Shown: positions 29,223 to 47,812 of the stretch, in pieces
How the letters are laid out: every line of letters starts with the position of its first letter
Position numbering within the stretch: the stretch's first letter is position 1
Source of the DNA: the human T2T-CHM13v2.0 reference genome, Homo sapiens
Assembly: GCF_009914755.1 (NCBI RefSeq)
Contig: NC_060925.1
Reading direction: 5' to 3' (one strand)
DNA: 64,000 nucleotides
Program-made: the position numbers and the translations under genes
Notes under the pieces: model-generated
Told to the model about the DNA's origin: nothing
Databases searched by the model: none
Seen by the model: only the letters and a program-made list of their open reading frames with translations

Positions 29223-31059
29223 ATTGGAGTCAGTCCTCTCAAACCCTTCCCTGCTTTATCATCTAAGTTTATGTAATATTCTAAACCCTTGGTTGTCATC
29301 TCAACAATGTTCAGAGCATCTTCACCAGTAGATTCCATCTTAAGAAATCACATTCTTTGCTCATCCGTAAGAAGCAACTCCTCATACATCAAAGTTTTAT
29401 CATAAGATAGCAGCAATTCAGTCACATATTAAGGATTTACTTCTAATTCTAGCTCTCTTGTTATATCCACCACATCTGTGTTACTTACGCCACTGAAGTC
29501 TTAAATCCCTCCAAAGTCATTCATGAACGTTGGAATCGATTTGTTTCAAACTTCTGTTAATGTCGATATTTTGACCTCCTCCCATGAATCATGAAATATT
29601 CTTAATGACATCTAGAATGGTGAATCCTTTCCATTCACCAAAGAGATTTTTCAATGTGCTTTGCCAAGATCCATCAGAGGAATCAGTATCTAGGGCATCT
29701 ATAGCCTTTCAAAATGTATTTCTTACATTTAGACTTAATGATATAAAACTTGAAAGTCAAAATTACTCTTGGATCCATGGGCTGCAGAATGGATATTGTG
29801 TTAGCAAGCATTAAAACTTTTGTCTTCTTGTATATCTCCATCAGAGCTCTTGGTAAACAGGTACATTGTCAATGAGCAACAATATTTTAAAAGAAATCTT
29901 TTTTTCTAAGCAGTAGGTCTTAACAGTGGCCCTAGAATATTCGATAAGCCATGCTACAAACAGATGTGCTGTCATTCAGGCTTTGTTATTCCATTTATAG
30001 AGCACAGGCAGAGTAGATTTAGCATAATTTGTAAGGGCCCTGGGATTTTTGAATTGATAAATGAGCACTGGCTTCAACTTCAAGTCACTAGCTACATTAG
30101 CCCATAACAAGAGTCAGCCTGTACTTTGAAACTCAGAAGGCAGTAACTGACTTCTTTCTAGCTCAGAAAGCCTTACATGGCATCTTCTTTTAATATAAGG
30201 CTGTTTCATCTACACTGAAAATCAGTTGTTTAATGTAGCCACCTTCATCAATGATCTTAGCTAGATCTTCTGGATAACTTGCTACAGCTTCTACATCAGC
30301 ACTTGCTGCTTCACCATATACACTTTCATGTTACAGAGATGGCTTCTTTCCTTATCTCATGAACCAACCTCTGCTAGCTTCAAATTTTTCTTCTGCTGCT
30401 TCCACATCTCTCTCAGCCTTCACAAAATTGAAGAGAGTTAAGACCTTGCTCTGGATTAGGCTGTGACTTAAAGCAATGTTGTGGATGGTTTGTGGATGGT
30501 TCCATCCAGACCACTAAAACTTTCTCCACCTCAGCAATAAGGGTGTTTTGCTTCCTTATCATTTGTGTGTGCACTGGAGTGGCACTTTTCATTTCCTTCA
30601 AGAACTTTCCCTTTGCATTCACAACCTGACACAAACAGTTAGTCGGGTGCAAAAGGCCTGGCTTTCAGCCTATCTCAGCTTTTTAAATGCCTTCCTCACT
30701 AAGCTTTATCACTTCTAGCATTATATTTCAAGTGAAATACATGTGAGTCTTCCTTTCACTTGGACACTTAGAGGCCATTGTAGGGTTATCAATTGGCCTA
30801 ATTTCAATGTTGTTGTGTCTCAGGGAATAGTGAGCCCCAGGAGAGGGAGAGAGATGGGGCAACAGCTGGTCTGGGGTGCCCCATCTCTCTTGTTAGAACA
30901 CATACATTTATCAATCAAGTTTGCCATATTATATGGGCATGGTTCATGGTACCACAAAACAATTACAACAATAACATCAAAGATCACTGATAACAGATCA
31001 CCATATATATATTTTTTATATATATATATATATATAATATATATAATAATAATGAAAAT

Positions 31060-32899
<1,840 letters not shown>

Positions 32900-33761
32900 G
32901 AAAATGTTTTAAATATTGGGAGAGTTACCAAAATGTGACACAGAAACACAAAGTGAGCACATGCTGTTAAAAAAAAATGGCACCAGTAGACTTGCTCAAA
33001 GCAGGGCTGCTACAAACCTTCAGTTTTTAAAAAATGCAATACCTAAAAAGCACAACAAAGCAAAGTGTAATAAAACAAGATTTGCCTAAAGTATCTGCCT
33101 CCAACAGCAAAAAGCAGGCATGCTTACTGCACACTACATGCTACTTGGGTTTCCTACACTCAGGGTTCCTCTTCTATAACGTATCCAACTGCATTTGCAG
33201 GCAACCACCTGGGTGCATTCACACCCCACTCCTGTGATTCAGGGGCAAGGAAAACTGACACAAATTATTGATGCTCATGTCACTTGTGCCATAGATAATA
33301 AAGTCCTCTATTTCTGATCATGGAAACTCATGTCTTCTGATAGCATCAATGAAACCATAAGAGGCTAACCAGTTAGCACGTAAATAGAATAAAATCTCAA
33401 ACTCTACACAGTTGTTGACACACAGCTTAGGAGTAAGGCTACTTTAGCCTTAGAGGTAAAATACTCTAGACCCACCTAAAGATTAAAAACAAACATTGAA
33501 AAGATCTAATTGGTCCATCAAAAATTTGATTGCCCAACAAAACAAAATGTGATACTTAGTTAAAAAAGATAAATTTCAAACGGTCAATAATATGATATCC
33601 AAAATATTCAGCGTGTAACAAAAAATTATCAGACATGCAAGGAATCAACAAAATATCAGGGAAGTAGGGGTGGGGGGGTGGGGGCATGAAAAGTAAACAG
33701 AAACAAATCCAAAATGAAACAGATATTAGAATTACCAAAGAAGAATTTTTAAAAAGAGTTA

Positions 33762-34258
33762 TGCAGTAGGCAGAACAGTGGCCTCTCAAAGATATCTATA
33801 TCCTAATGCCTAGAACCTGTGACTGTATTATATAACATAGGAGAATTAAGATTGCAGATGCAGTTAAGGTTGCCAATCAGCTGACCTTAAAATAGGGAGC
33901 ATATCCTAGATTATCCAAGTGGTACAATCACAAAGATCCTTAGATGTTGAAGACAAAGCAGAAGTGTCAGTATCAGAGGGACAAACTAGGAAAAAGACTC
34001 ATCGGCTATTGTGGGCTTTGAAGACAGAAGGAGGCCAAGAGCCAAGGAAGGCAGGCAGCCCCTTAGAAGCTGAAAAAGGAAAGAAAACACTTTCCTAGAG
34101 CTTCCAGAAAGAAACACAGCCCTGCTGACATCTTGGTTTTTGCTCAGTGAGTACCATTTCAGCCTTCTAATTTCCAAAACTGTAAGATAATAAATTTATA
34201 TTATTTTAAGCCACTATGTTTATGGTAATTTGTTATGGCAAAACAAGAAATTAAAACA
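33762..34258 (+). mobile_element. MLT1C/D-type MaLR solo LTR
   Basis: TG...CA ends, TSD agtta/agcta, MLT1 motifs (gccaaggaaggcaggcagcc, ttttaagccact). Confidence 0.8.
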
Positions 34259-35221
34259 AGCTATTAAAACTACATCTAAGTATTTAAAGGAAAAGATAGA
34301 ATGAATTAACAGATAGAGATCCTCAGTAGAAAAACAGAATCTATTAAAAAGATTCAAAACGAAAATCTACAATTTAAAAAATACATTATTTGAGACAAAA
34401 ACATTCACTGTATGGGCTTAACAGCAGATTGGATACTGTAGAATAAAAGATTAGAGAACCTAAGTACAGAATAATTGAAACTGTACAAACCGAGACACAG
34501 AAACAAAAAATACTGAGAAAAATAAAACAGAGTCCCTGTGACTCATGAAACACTATCAGTCTAACACACATGAACTGTGTCCCCAAGGGAAAAAGAATAA
34601 AGGAGGATAAACAGAAAAACAGCTTCAATAAAATAATGTTCAAAACTTTTCTGAATATGTATGTACATATATATAAATTTATAGACCCAAGAAGCTCAAA
34701 AAGTCCCAGTCAGGATAAATACAAAGAAAACTAAACCTAGCACATAACAACCAAATTTTTGAAAACCACAATAAAAAGGGAAAACCTTAAAAGCAGACAA
34801 AGGAAAAAAAAAGATATCACATAGATAATGATTAAAAACTTCTGCTTAGGTATCATCAAAAACTATGCAAGCCAGAAGACAACAGAACATTATTAAAAAT
34901 GCTGAAAGAAAAAAACTAGAAATCTATTCCCAAGTAAATTATCCTTCAAAAATTAAGATATAATAAAGACATTTTCAGATAAAATCTGAGAGAATGTGTC
35001 ACCAGCAGACTTGATGTACAATTAATACTCCAGGCTAAAAGAAAATGAGGCCAGATCATACTTCAAATTTACATAAAGGAAGAATGCAAGAAATGGTAAA
35101 TAGTAGGTACATAAGATTTTTTTTTTCATTTCTTAACTTTTTAAAAAAGGAACTGATTGTCTAAACAAAAATAATTATGGGGATTCTCTTACTTAATAAT
35201 TTCAATTTATAGTGAAGTTTT

Positions 35222-35542
35222 TTGGGTTTTTTTGTTGTTGTTTGTTTGTTTGTTTGTTTTTGAGACAGGATCTTGCTCTGTCGCCCAGGCTGGAATACAG
35301 TAGCACCCTCAGGGCCCACTGCAGCCTGGAGCTCCTGGGCTCAAGGAATCCTTCCCCTAAGCCTCCAGAGTAGCTGGGACTACAGGTCCACACCACCACA
35401 CCCAGCTAATTCTTTTATGGTTTGTTGAGATGAGGTCTCGCTATTTTGGCCAGGCTGGTCTCAAACTCCTGGTCTCAAGCAATCCTCCCACCTCAGCTTC
35501 CCAAACTGCTGAGACTATAGGCGTGAGCCACCAGGCCTGGCC
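35222..35542 (-). mobile_element. AluJ
   Basis: Dimeric Alu with (TTTG)n tail. Confidence 0.9.
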
Positions 35543-35966
35543 AGGATTTTCTTTCATATAGAAAAAATAGTGTATGACAGCAATAGCACAAAGGAAGGAA
35601 AGGAGTAAAATATAAGTGAACTCTTGGAAGGCTCTTATACTCACAGTGGCATAATTTTAATTCACTGTAGATATGATCACAATAGATATGACATAATCAT
35701 CAAGTACAATGTAATCCTTAGAGCTACTAAAAACAAAGCCAAGAGAAGAGAAAAGCATAAAATACTAAAAAAAAGAAAAATACATTAATCTAGAAGAGAA
35801 GGAAGCAAAAAGGTAACAACAATCCAAACAAAAACCAAAAGTACAACCATAAAACAAATAAGATAATGAATTTAAACCTAACCATATCAATAATTACACT
35901 GAATACAAATGTATCAAACATTCTAATTAAAGGCAATGATTGTTAGACTGGATAGAAAAGCAAACC

Positions 35967-36012
<46 letters not shown>
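35967..36012 (+). repeat. (TAGA)n tetranucleotide STR, ~11 units
   Basis: Uninterrupted array. Confidence 0.97.
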
Positions 36013-36013
<1 letters not shown>

Positions 36014-36921
36014 AGATATAGACATAGTTTAGACATAAGACAATTTAGAAAACAAGAATGGAAAAAGAATTTCATGCAAACACTAATTATGAGGAAGGCA
36101 GAGCAGTTCTATTCATATAAAAGTAAAGACAAAAAGCATCACAAGCAAATTTCTGAAAACCACAATAAAGAAACAACCTTTTGAACTAACCCTTTTAACA
36201 TATGAAATTTCTCTGTCAGAGAAAAAGAGACAGAGACAGAGAGACAGAGAGAAATTTCATATGTTAAAATGGTTAGTTCATAAAGAAGACATAATAGTTG
36301 TAAATGTGTATGCTTATTACAACAGAGCTTCAAAATGCATGAAGCAAAACCTGACAGCACTAAAGGAGGGAACCAAGAAACCCACAATTACAGTTGGAAA
36401 TTTTAACACTCTTCTCCCAGTAAGTGAAAGAAACAGATCCAAAAAATAAAAACATAAAAGGTTCGAAAAGCACTATCAATCAACTTTATCTAACTGGCAT
36501 TTAAACAATACATCCAACAACTGCAGAATATATATTCTATATAAGTGCACACTGAATTTTAACCAAGATAGACCACCTCGTGGGCCATAAAACAAATCTC
36601 ATATTTCCAAGGATTGAAGTCATACAGAGTATGTTCTCTGACCTAAATCAAATGAAAAATAACTAATAAAAATATATCACAAAGAATCTCAAATATCTGG
36701 AAAGTAAGCACTTCATTTCTAAATAACCCACGGATCAAGAAAGAAGTCACAAGTGAAACTAGAAAATATTTTCAACTACATAACTATGAAAACACACTAT
36801 ATCCAAATTTGTAGGACACAGCTAAAACACTGCTTAAAAGTCAATTTACACATTTATGATTACATTAGAAAAAAAGAAAGGTTTAAAAATTAACACTCTA
36901 AACTTCCACATTAAGAAGCTA

Positions 36922-37230
<309 letters not shown>

Positions 37231-37451
37231 CAGGGGAGGGGAGGGGAAGGGAAGGGAAGGCAGGGGAAGAAGGAGGAGGAGGAGGAGGGAGGAGGAGGAG
37301 GAGGAGGGGAGAAGGAAAAGAAGGAGAAGAAAGAGAAGAAGGAGGAGGAGGAGGAAGGGGGGAGGAGGAGGAGAAGGAGAAGAAGAAGAAGAAGTAGAAG
37401 GAGGAGAAGAAGGAAGAGAAGGAGGAGGAGAAGGAGAAGAGGAGGAAGAAA
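37231..37451 (+). repeat. GA-rich polypurine low-complexity tract
   Basis: (GGA)/(GAA) mixtures, almost no pyrimidines. Confidence 0.95.
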
Positions 37452-38037
37452 GCAGAAATCAATGAAAACAGAAAATGGAGACATGAACAAAATACTCTAT
37501 TGGCTCTCTGAAAATATTAATGAAATTGATAAACTCCTAAACAAGACTAATAAAAAAAGAGAGGTGATATGCGAATTATTAATATTGGAAGAAAAGGGGG
37601 CTTATCACTGCAGATCTTATGAAAATTAAAAAGATAAATATTATGAATGGTTTTGTGCCAATACCTTTCACAATTAAATAAAATTCCTGAATTTTGTTTA
37701 AATTTCAAATTCCTTGAAAATTACCAAAACTGACACAAGCAGAATCCAAAAGTCTGATTAATCATTTATCTGCTAAAGAATTTGAATTCATAATTAAAAT
37801 CCTTCCCACAAGAAACATTTGGGCCTAGGTAACTTCATGGGTGAATTCTATCAAACGTTTAAAACAACAGTATCAGTATAATTCAACTAAATTAAGTTTC
37901 TATATACATTGAAGATGTAATTGTAATAAAGCAATTTTATCAGAAATATATTGAAAACACTAACTTCTGATTTTCCCTGAGTTTAGTAGCTCTTTGGCAA
38001 AAACACCAAAATAGAAATTTTTTTCAAAGACTAATTT

Positions 38038-38457
38038 TTTTTCTTTATTATTATTATACTTTAAGTTCTAGGGTACATGTACACAACATGCAGGTTTGTT
38101 ACATATGTATACATGTGCCATATTGGTGTGCTGCACCCGTTAACTCATCATTTAGGTATATCACCTAATGTTATCCTTCCCCCTCCCCGACCCCACGACA
38201 GGCCCCGGTGTGTGATGTTCCCCACCCTGTGTCCAAGTGTTCTCATTGTTCAGTTCACTCTATGAGTGAGAACATGCAGTGTTTGGTTTTCTGTCTTTGT
38301 GATAGTTTGCTCAGAATGATGGTTTCCAGCTTCATCCATGTCCCTGCAAAGGACATGAACTCATCCTTTTTTATGGCTGTGTAGTATTCCATGGTGTATA
38401 TGTGCCACATTTTCTTAATCCAGTCTATCATTGACGGACATTTGGGTTGGTTCCAAG
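38038..38457 (-). mobile_element. 5'-truncated L1PA 3' end
   Basis: L1PA 3' UTR (ttattatactttaagttctagggtacatg); 15-bp TSD ttcaaagactaattt. Confidence 0.92.
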
Positions 38458-38699
38458 TTCAAAGACTAATTTGACTACAAAAAAATTTAAACTTCTGAAT
38501 AAAGAACATAAAACAAAATTAAAAGATAAATGTTAAATTGGAAAAATATCAATATGCGATAAATAATTGGTTGCTACAGATAAAATTAAAGCCTTTATCA
38601 AACGTGCAAAAGACAAAAATATAAAATGCACCAAAGAATTATTAATGCCAACATGAAATACTGGCCAACTTTTCTAATTAATCGAAATATAAAGTAAAG

Positions 38700-39570
<871 letters not shown>

Positions 39571-39801
39571 AAAAGAGGATTAATACCCAGTATTGTGGAG
39601 AACTGTGGTACACAGAGGCTCTCTAACTATTGATAAGACTATATATCTTTTCGGAAAGGCAATCTGCCAATACATATCAAAAGTCCAACAATGATACTCA
39701 AGAACTTATTTGAAGTAGATAATAATACAAGTATAAATGAGATACATACACAGTCGGCCCATATAATAAAATTCCAGGTAACTATTAAAACTGATAAAGT
39801 A

Positions 39802-40078
39802 GGCCAGGCACAGTGGCTCACACCTGTAATCCCAACACTTTGTCAGGCCGAGGCAGGCAGATCACTTGAGGCCAGGAGTTCCAGCCTGGGCAACATGGTG
39901 AAAAATCAGCCAGATGTGGTGGTGCACACCTGTAATCCCACTTACTCAGGTGGCTGAGGAATGAGAACCACTTGAACCCAGGAGGCAAAGGCTGCAGTAA
40001 GCCAAGATCGTGCCACGCCGCACTCTAGCCTGGGCAACAATGCGAGACTCTGTCTCAAAAAAAAAAAAAAAAAAAAAA
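39802..40078 (+). mobile_element. Alu (J/S)
   Basis: Alu with TSD aaaactgata(a/c)agta. Confidence 0.9.
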
Positions 40079-41007
40079 CTGATACAGTAAATCTATTTTC
40101 AGACATGAGAAGATGTTCATAACAAATTATCAATTGGTAATGGTTAGATAATAGGATACCATGAACAGATGAACCAGTTTACGGAAAATGCATATTCATG
40201 CAAATATACTCATATAGAGATGTGTAACAGATTGTTCAACAAAATATTACCCATTATATTCTCTGGGTGATAGAATTTTAGTCTCTTCATGTTATTTTCT
40301 TCTTCTATTTGAATCTTTTGCAATGGGCCTGGAGTTTTTTGATAAAACATAAAGGCATTTACACTCATATACATACATAGGCATACATATACAGACACAC
40401 ATACTGACAGTATTTGGCTACCCTAACTTCCAATTTCTCCTAGCAAAGAAAAACTTCATTCTACCTAAAGAAATCGTTCACTTGAATCTGTAATTCCAGG
40501 CAAGTCTCTCAAGTTACTATACTTATCTGATACAAAATTGAGGTTTACTGGAAAAAGTGTGGGTTTTAGAGTTGAAATCTTGGTTCAAGTCTGCCAGTTA
40601 TATGTATCAGCCTGGTCACTTCACTTTTCTGTGCTCCAGTTTCCTCAAACATAAAATAGGAATACGAGTATATAGCCTACCAAAAGATAGGTATGAGAAT
40701 CAAATAAATAATTCATATGAAAAATACTTTCTCAACATACTTTCTAAATTAGTAGTAGTGGAAGTATCTAAATTATTAATATTGGTAGTATACACTTAAG
40801 AGTAGTATACTGCCCAACAGAAAAAAAAAATACAATGGTACAGGATGCCAAAACAAAAGAAAAAAAAGATCGGACTTTTAAAAATGGGAAGAAAACTAGT
40901 AAAGAGAAAATATGTGAAGAAATATATGCAGACAATAAGGAAATAAAATGAGCTTAAACTAATAAGAATTTCCATTTTTTAAAAAATCAAATAAATGAAG
41001 AAGTAGT

Positions 41008-41373
41008 TGTATTAGTCTGTTTTCACACTGCTGATAAACACATACCCGAGACTGGGCAATTTACAAAAGAAAGAGGTTTATTGGACTTAACAGTTCCACA
41101 TGGCTGGGGAGGCCTCACAACCACGGTGGAAGGCAAGGTAGAGCAACTCACATCTTCTGTGGATGGCAGCAGGCAAAGAGCAAGCTTGTGCAGAGAACTC
41201 CCGTTTTTAAAACCATCAGATCCTGTGAGACCCATTTACTATCACAAGAACAGCACAGGAAAGACCCATCCCCAGGATTCAATCATCTCCCAGCGGGTCC
41301 CTCCCACAACATGTGGGAATTATGGGAGCAACAAGATGAGATTTGGGTGGGAACACAGAGCCAACCCATATCA
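41008..41373 (-). mobile_element. THE1 (B/C-like) MaLR solo LTR
   Basis: tgtattagtctgttttcacactgctgataaa...ccatatca; perfect 5-bp TSD gtagt. Confidence 0.9.
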
Positions 41374-41682
41374 GTAGTTACAAAGTAGTCACATAGAGAA
41401 TAAAAAATCTGTACATTTAAAAGTATAGGGAAATATACACAATGTATAGTAAAACCAAAAAATCTTTTTCACCAATGGCATCAGGCTAGTTCTTCATTAA
41501 GAATGCCAAGAATTATCCTACACATAGTCTAGGAAGGAAGAATTAAGGAACAGAATATTTTGATTAACTAACTGATTGATAGAATTAATACATTCACCTG
41601 TTCCTCTGTGGATTTTAGCCTACCAGGCCAGACGCTGTTTGTTCCTAAATGTTTTTCCAACAATTAGAATATGCTTTTATTA

Positions 41683-41991
41683 GGCTGGGCATGGTGGCTC
41701 AGGCCTGTAATCCCAGCAGTCTGGGAGGAGGAGGCAGGCAGATCACTTGAGGTCAGGAGTTCAAGACCAGCCCGGCCAACAAAGCGAAACCACATCTCTA
41801 CTAAAAACACAAAAATTAGCTGGGTGTGGTGGCATGCGCCTGTAATCCCAGCTATTCAGGAGGCTGAGGCAGAAGAATCTTTTTGAATCCAGGAGGCAGC
41901 AGTTGCAGTGAGCCAAGATCGCACCACTGCACTCCAGACTGGGCAACAGAGCAAGTCTCCATCTCAAAAAAAAAAAAAAAAAAAAAAAAAA
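41683..41991 (+). mobile_element. AluS
   Basis: Dimeric Alu with poly(A). Confidence 0.92.
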
Positions 41992-44343
41992 TATGCCCCC
42001 ATTAAACAATTAGATTTACTATTTAGGGAAAACAATGGCATAAACAGCCAGACTTTCAGAAAAGCATGGGTCACTAATAATAAACTAATAATAAATTTTA
42101 TTCATTATCCTTTTTATTTAAAAAAATTCATTAAAACAGATGAACATTAGATACTTGTGTGTAATAATTATCAGAACCCATAATTAGAGTTAATCATTAT
42201 TAAAGAAAATACTATGCCTGAAAGGGAAAGAAATATTTGCATAAATGTAATACATCTCTCATAATCCTTAATTTTTATTGCCAGTGTTAAATTTTGCAAT
42301 CCTCTCTCCTAGCTTTGGAGTCAGAAGTCCTCACTGATATACTGTGACACTATGCCATTATATGTTAAATATATTTATATATATATATACACACTATATA
42401 TATACACAGACACATATATGTATATAAAACAAAAGAATCTATTTCTTCTTGCAAGTTACAAAAGAGATGTACCTGCAGTTTGCTTAAATTATATTAAAAA
42501 TAACCTTCTATTTAAAAGCATATTCATATAATTTATTATCTCTATTGATCATCATAGGTTTACAGAAGAAAGAAAAGGAGGATCATAACTTTTCTCATTT
42601 TAAGACAAAGAAACAGGCTCAGAGTGGTTCAACTGGAACTCCAACCCAATTTCTAACTCCAATCTAACTCTAGAGTTCTGCCATCCTACCTAGTAGCATA
42701 AAACAACAGTGAACAAAAGCAGTGAATAAAAAGCCAGTCTCACCAAAGAAACCATAAAGAGAACATCCCAGCCTGTGCCTCTCTAATGGGTAAGAAGAAA
42801 TAAGAACATATTGATCCCCTCAACCCTAGCAGACCCCAGGCCATTTACCTCCTATCATTGCATGAAGTCCATTTGCCCAGAAGTACCATACAAATATTGT
42901 CATTTTCTATGTGTTATAAATAAAATTAAGAAACACTGTTATTGAGAACTCAGGAATCTACAGAAGGGTCTTACATAAATTTGTCTGACAAAATATAAAC
43001 TTCATCAACATTATTAAATTACCTATAAAAAGGAGATTTATATCAATGATATAACAGAATCTTGCTTCAAGGATAATTTCTGGACTTAAATTCAGCATTC
43101 ACTCAAGAAAGTTATACAGGAATTCAAATAAATGGGAATAATGTCATTACCAAGATAGCCTTGAATTTTCTGTATTTTTTAATCATTCAGAAGTTGCAAT
43201 ACTTAGTATTTGTTTACACAGACCTCACAACCAATTGCACTATACCTCTCAACTAATATTTCCTTTGAGAACCCTACACTTTTGTAATATTATCCTTAAT
43301 TTTAGCTCATCATCATTCCTTCAAGGATATAAGCCCAGTGTTATTTCTATTCTAACAACTTTCTAGCTTATCAATATTAGCTCTTAGAAGTTTGAAAACT
43401 TACACATATATGGAATTCTAACTTTGTTGCTGAAGTTGTACATGTGAAAAATTTGGAAGAAAGGAGCGCTAAAGAAAAGTCACATTGTAATTTTCAACTC
43501 CTGTTTGACCTCTCTGGACCTCACCAAATATTTATATGGATGCTGTCAGATTCGGCACTACAAACTTATTCTCTGCTAAATATCCTTTTCAAAGTGAAAT
43601 TCACTAATCACAGCGCAAAATACCAAAATACGTGTCTTCTATCCTCCTTGTTCCTGACACTTCTGCAATATTAAAGAGGGGACTTGGAAGTTACTATGTG
43701 ACCTTTCTTTAGCATTCCTGTCTTCCAGATTGATCACATACATCAAAATAGGAGGAAAGTTTTTTACTAACAATTTCTGTTGAAGTGATCATACCTTTTT
43801 TCATACGGCTAACAACCACAACACAGAAACCAAATAAAAGTTTCTATCTACATGGTGCAATTTATGAAGCATTTTCATGCTATTATGTATTTGACTCTCA
43901 TAACAATTAGAGATATGCAGTGCAAATATTTTACAAATGTGAAAAATGAAAGTAATAGAATTTAAAGGACTTGATCAAAGTCAGACATCTAACAAGTGAT
44001 GAAGCCAGTACCAAGAACTATGTTTCAACTCTCGGTCCAGTATCTTCCCATTCCACCATGATGTCTATCAGGTAAAATATCTGTCTTATCTTTAAGAGGA
44101 TTCCAGAGTTTAGGCTTTTAGAAAATCGTGGCATCAAACCCATTACTCCTGTTCACCTTGAAACAGAGATTTAATTACTTATTCACAGTCCATTAAAGCA
44201 TAAGTATTAGTTTTATTAAAATGTGTCTGCTACATCTTATGAAATTCTCTCTCCTTGTTTCTCACTAAAAAGGAAAAAGGTTCAAAAGGCACACTAATTA
44301 GAATAAGAAAAAGCACAACTTTTCCCAAAGAATAGAGTACTTC

Positions 44344-44655
<312 letters not shown>

Positions 44656-44835
44656 TTAAATACTTCTTTAAAAAATTTAAAAAACCAAATAAAAGAAATT
44701 AATATAAAATAATAAAAAGAAGCAAAATACAATTAAAAGTAAAATTAGGAACTAAAGAATTAAGCTAAAACATTTTAAAGTAACATAAAAATATTAAATA
44801 TATAATAAATGAAAAAAAAACACCAAATATATTCA

Positions 44836-45195
<360 letters not shown>

Positions 45196-45755
45196 TCATC
45201 TCTTCCCCATAAACTAGGCAAAAGCACCCTCAATCTACTCTCCTCAAACCCAGCTTTTAAATTTTTAACTCAGAATGAGATTGAAAAATCCCTTAACAGC
45301 AATACATAAATAATTTTTGTGTTTTGACCAATTCAGCCATACCTTAAAAAGATCGACTTTAATCATACTTAAAATTGTTTTAAAATAAATTTAAATTATA
45401 TGTTTAGTCTGTCATATATATTAAACACAATGTAAATTATACGTTTTTGAAGAACTAAGATACCCTGAAAAGGTAAAGTGTAAGCCATCTTAAAATGTAT
45501 AAGATGACTAGAAAGCAATTCTAATCTTCATGATTTGGAAGGCATTCCAGAAGAGTTCAGTGACTTCAAACATTTTTAATGCTTTGATCAATATTTTGAG
45601 TATATCATAAGAAAGTAGCAGTAAGTGATGCAAGGTTTCAGGTAGAAAATTTGATATGAATGCCATCTCCTCTCTTTCTCTCCATATCCATTTATAAACA
45701 AAATGGTCATTGTTAATCTGGACAATTACTGAGAGAAATGAATCAAAAAATTACT

Positions 45756-46048
45756 GGCCAGTCATAGTGGCTCACACCTATAATCCCAGCACTTTTGGAA
45801 GCTAAGGTAGGCAGGTCGCTTGAGCTCAGGAGTTCAAGACCAGTCTGGGCAAAATAGCAAAGCCCCATCTCTACAAAAATTAGCTGGGCATGGTGGTGTG
45901 TACCTGTAATCCCAGCTACTCGGGAGGCTGAGGTGGGAAGATCATGCTGGGCCCAAGAGGTGGAAGTTGCAGTGAGCCAAGATCACGTCACTGCACTTCA
46001 GCCTGGGCAACAGAGTGAGACCTTGTCTCAAAAAAAAAAAAAAAAAAA
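45756..46048 (+). mobile_element. AluJ
   Basis: Dimeric Alu; TSD aaaaaattac. Confidence 0.9.
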
Positions 46049-47658
46049 TTACCCACAGATTTTATAATCCCCCAAGAAGAGTAAATTATTAGTCAATGGG
46101 TTTAGTAATGGGCTTTATAATGAATTTTAAACAGCTATATCAGCTCTATCAAAGGCAAAATTTAGAACAATGACATCTTAAACATTATACTGCGGGCTCA
46201 TTTATGTCTTCAACTATTAAGCTAAAATGAGACAAATATTTACAAATTAAAATTTTGTCTTTCAACTAGCATTCCATTTCAATATTTCCACGTTTAGGGT
46301 ATACAGTCAACATCCCTAACAAACACTACAGTAATCATTAAAAGTTGGAAGCTAGTATTTTTGTACGTAACAGTTCTTAGCTTATTATTTCTTCTCTAAC
46401 ATGTCTAAACCTGTACACAGTGAAAGAACCAACACATAATCTTGATGAAATTGTGCTGCTCCTTATTGTCAGTGATTACTCTGCAGGTATTCATCAACAA
46501 AATCACACATTTCATAGTAAAACTAAGACTCCAAAACTTAGTTCTCAAGTCTTGAAGTAATAAGAACAAAAAAATTTTAAAGACATTATTTTCTAAAAAC
46601 CAAAAAAATTAACTTCATTAACTGCTTATAATTATTAAACAGAAATTGCTCTTTTAATATGAGTAAAAATGATGAAGACCTTCAAAAATATTTTCTAAAT
46701 ATTATATTACTTCCTCTTCCAAATATCATATCTAAAATACACTGTAATCTTGAAGAAGAAAAAAAAAGAATCCTTTCTGAACCACTTCCATGCAAGTTTA
46801 AGAGCACCTATAATTTTAATGCATAGACCTTGAGGACATATGATGTTCCCGTGTATTAAAACACATTTGAACTTATTTGGCTTTCATTTGAACCATGTTT
46901 CCTGTATAAACATGTAAGTTAATTTCAAATAACTTATAATTAATTTGATGATAATCTTAAGAAAATAAAAGTCATCTAAGTTTTTATAACTACCCACGTG
47001 ATAAAATTTTAAAGGACTGCTTAATTCTAATTAATAGTAAATTTGTATACTAAACACACCCTCATGCTGGTGCATTTCTGCTACCAAACCAAGATAAAAT
47101 TATTATTTTAATGAGTAATTTCTGGAATCATATATATCTGCAGAAGGCTATCAGATGAACTAAACTGGTTGTTGTGTGCTTTTCTTCAGATTCGAGTGAT
47201 AATTAAGAAGGAACTGAAAAAGGAAAAGGCTCTATCTTGATCTTTACCAGTTCTGCCTACAAAGTTACAGTTTGTGGTTTTTCAACAGCTCTATTTAAAA
47301 AAAAAAAAAAAGTTTTTTTTAAATAAAGTGCCCGTTGCTTGTGATGACAAAAATCTGCAAGCTTTCAAAGTCCTTTACATTCAATTTTTTTTAAGATTTA
47401 AGAAATCTTCAGTAGGAATTGATAATCAGAACAATCTTTTACTAATTTCACTGTAATAACAATATAACTTATAGCAAGTAATCATTGAACACCATTCTCG
47501 TGTAAGATACCTTCCCAAAATCTACAAGAGATTCAAAGAGGTACTTGTCCTTAAAAGCCTGAAATCCAATAAACAACATAAATCAGGACAATAAAGACCT
47601 AGCTCAAGATAGACTATAACTTCCACGAGACAGACACCAAAAGGCTTATTAGTCAGCA

Positions 47659-47810
47659 TTTTTTTTTTTTTTGAGACGGAGTCTCGCTCTGTCGCCCAGG
47701 CTAGAGTGCAGTGGCACAATCTTGGCTCACTGCAAGCTCTGCCTCGCGGGTTCACGCCATCCTCCTGCCTCAGCCTCCTGAGTAGCTGAGACTACAGGTG
47801 CCCGCCACCA
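47659..47810 (-). mobile_element. Truncated AluY (right arm only)
   Basis: gcaagctc...ttcacgccat diagnostics. Confidence 0.88.
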
Positions 47811-47812
47811 AG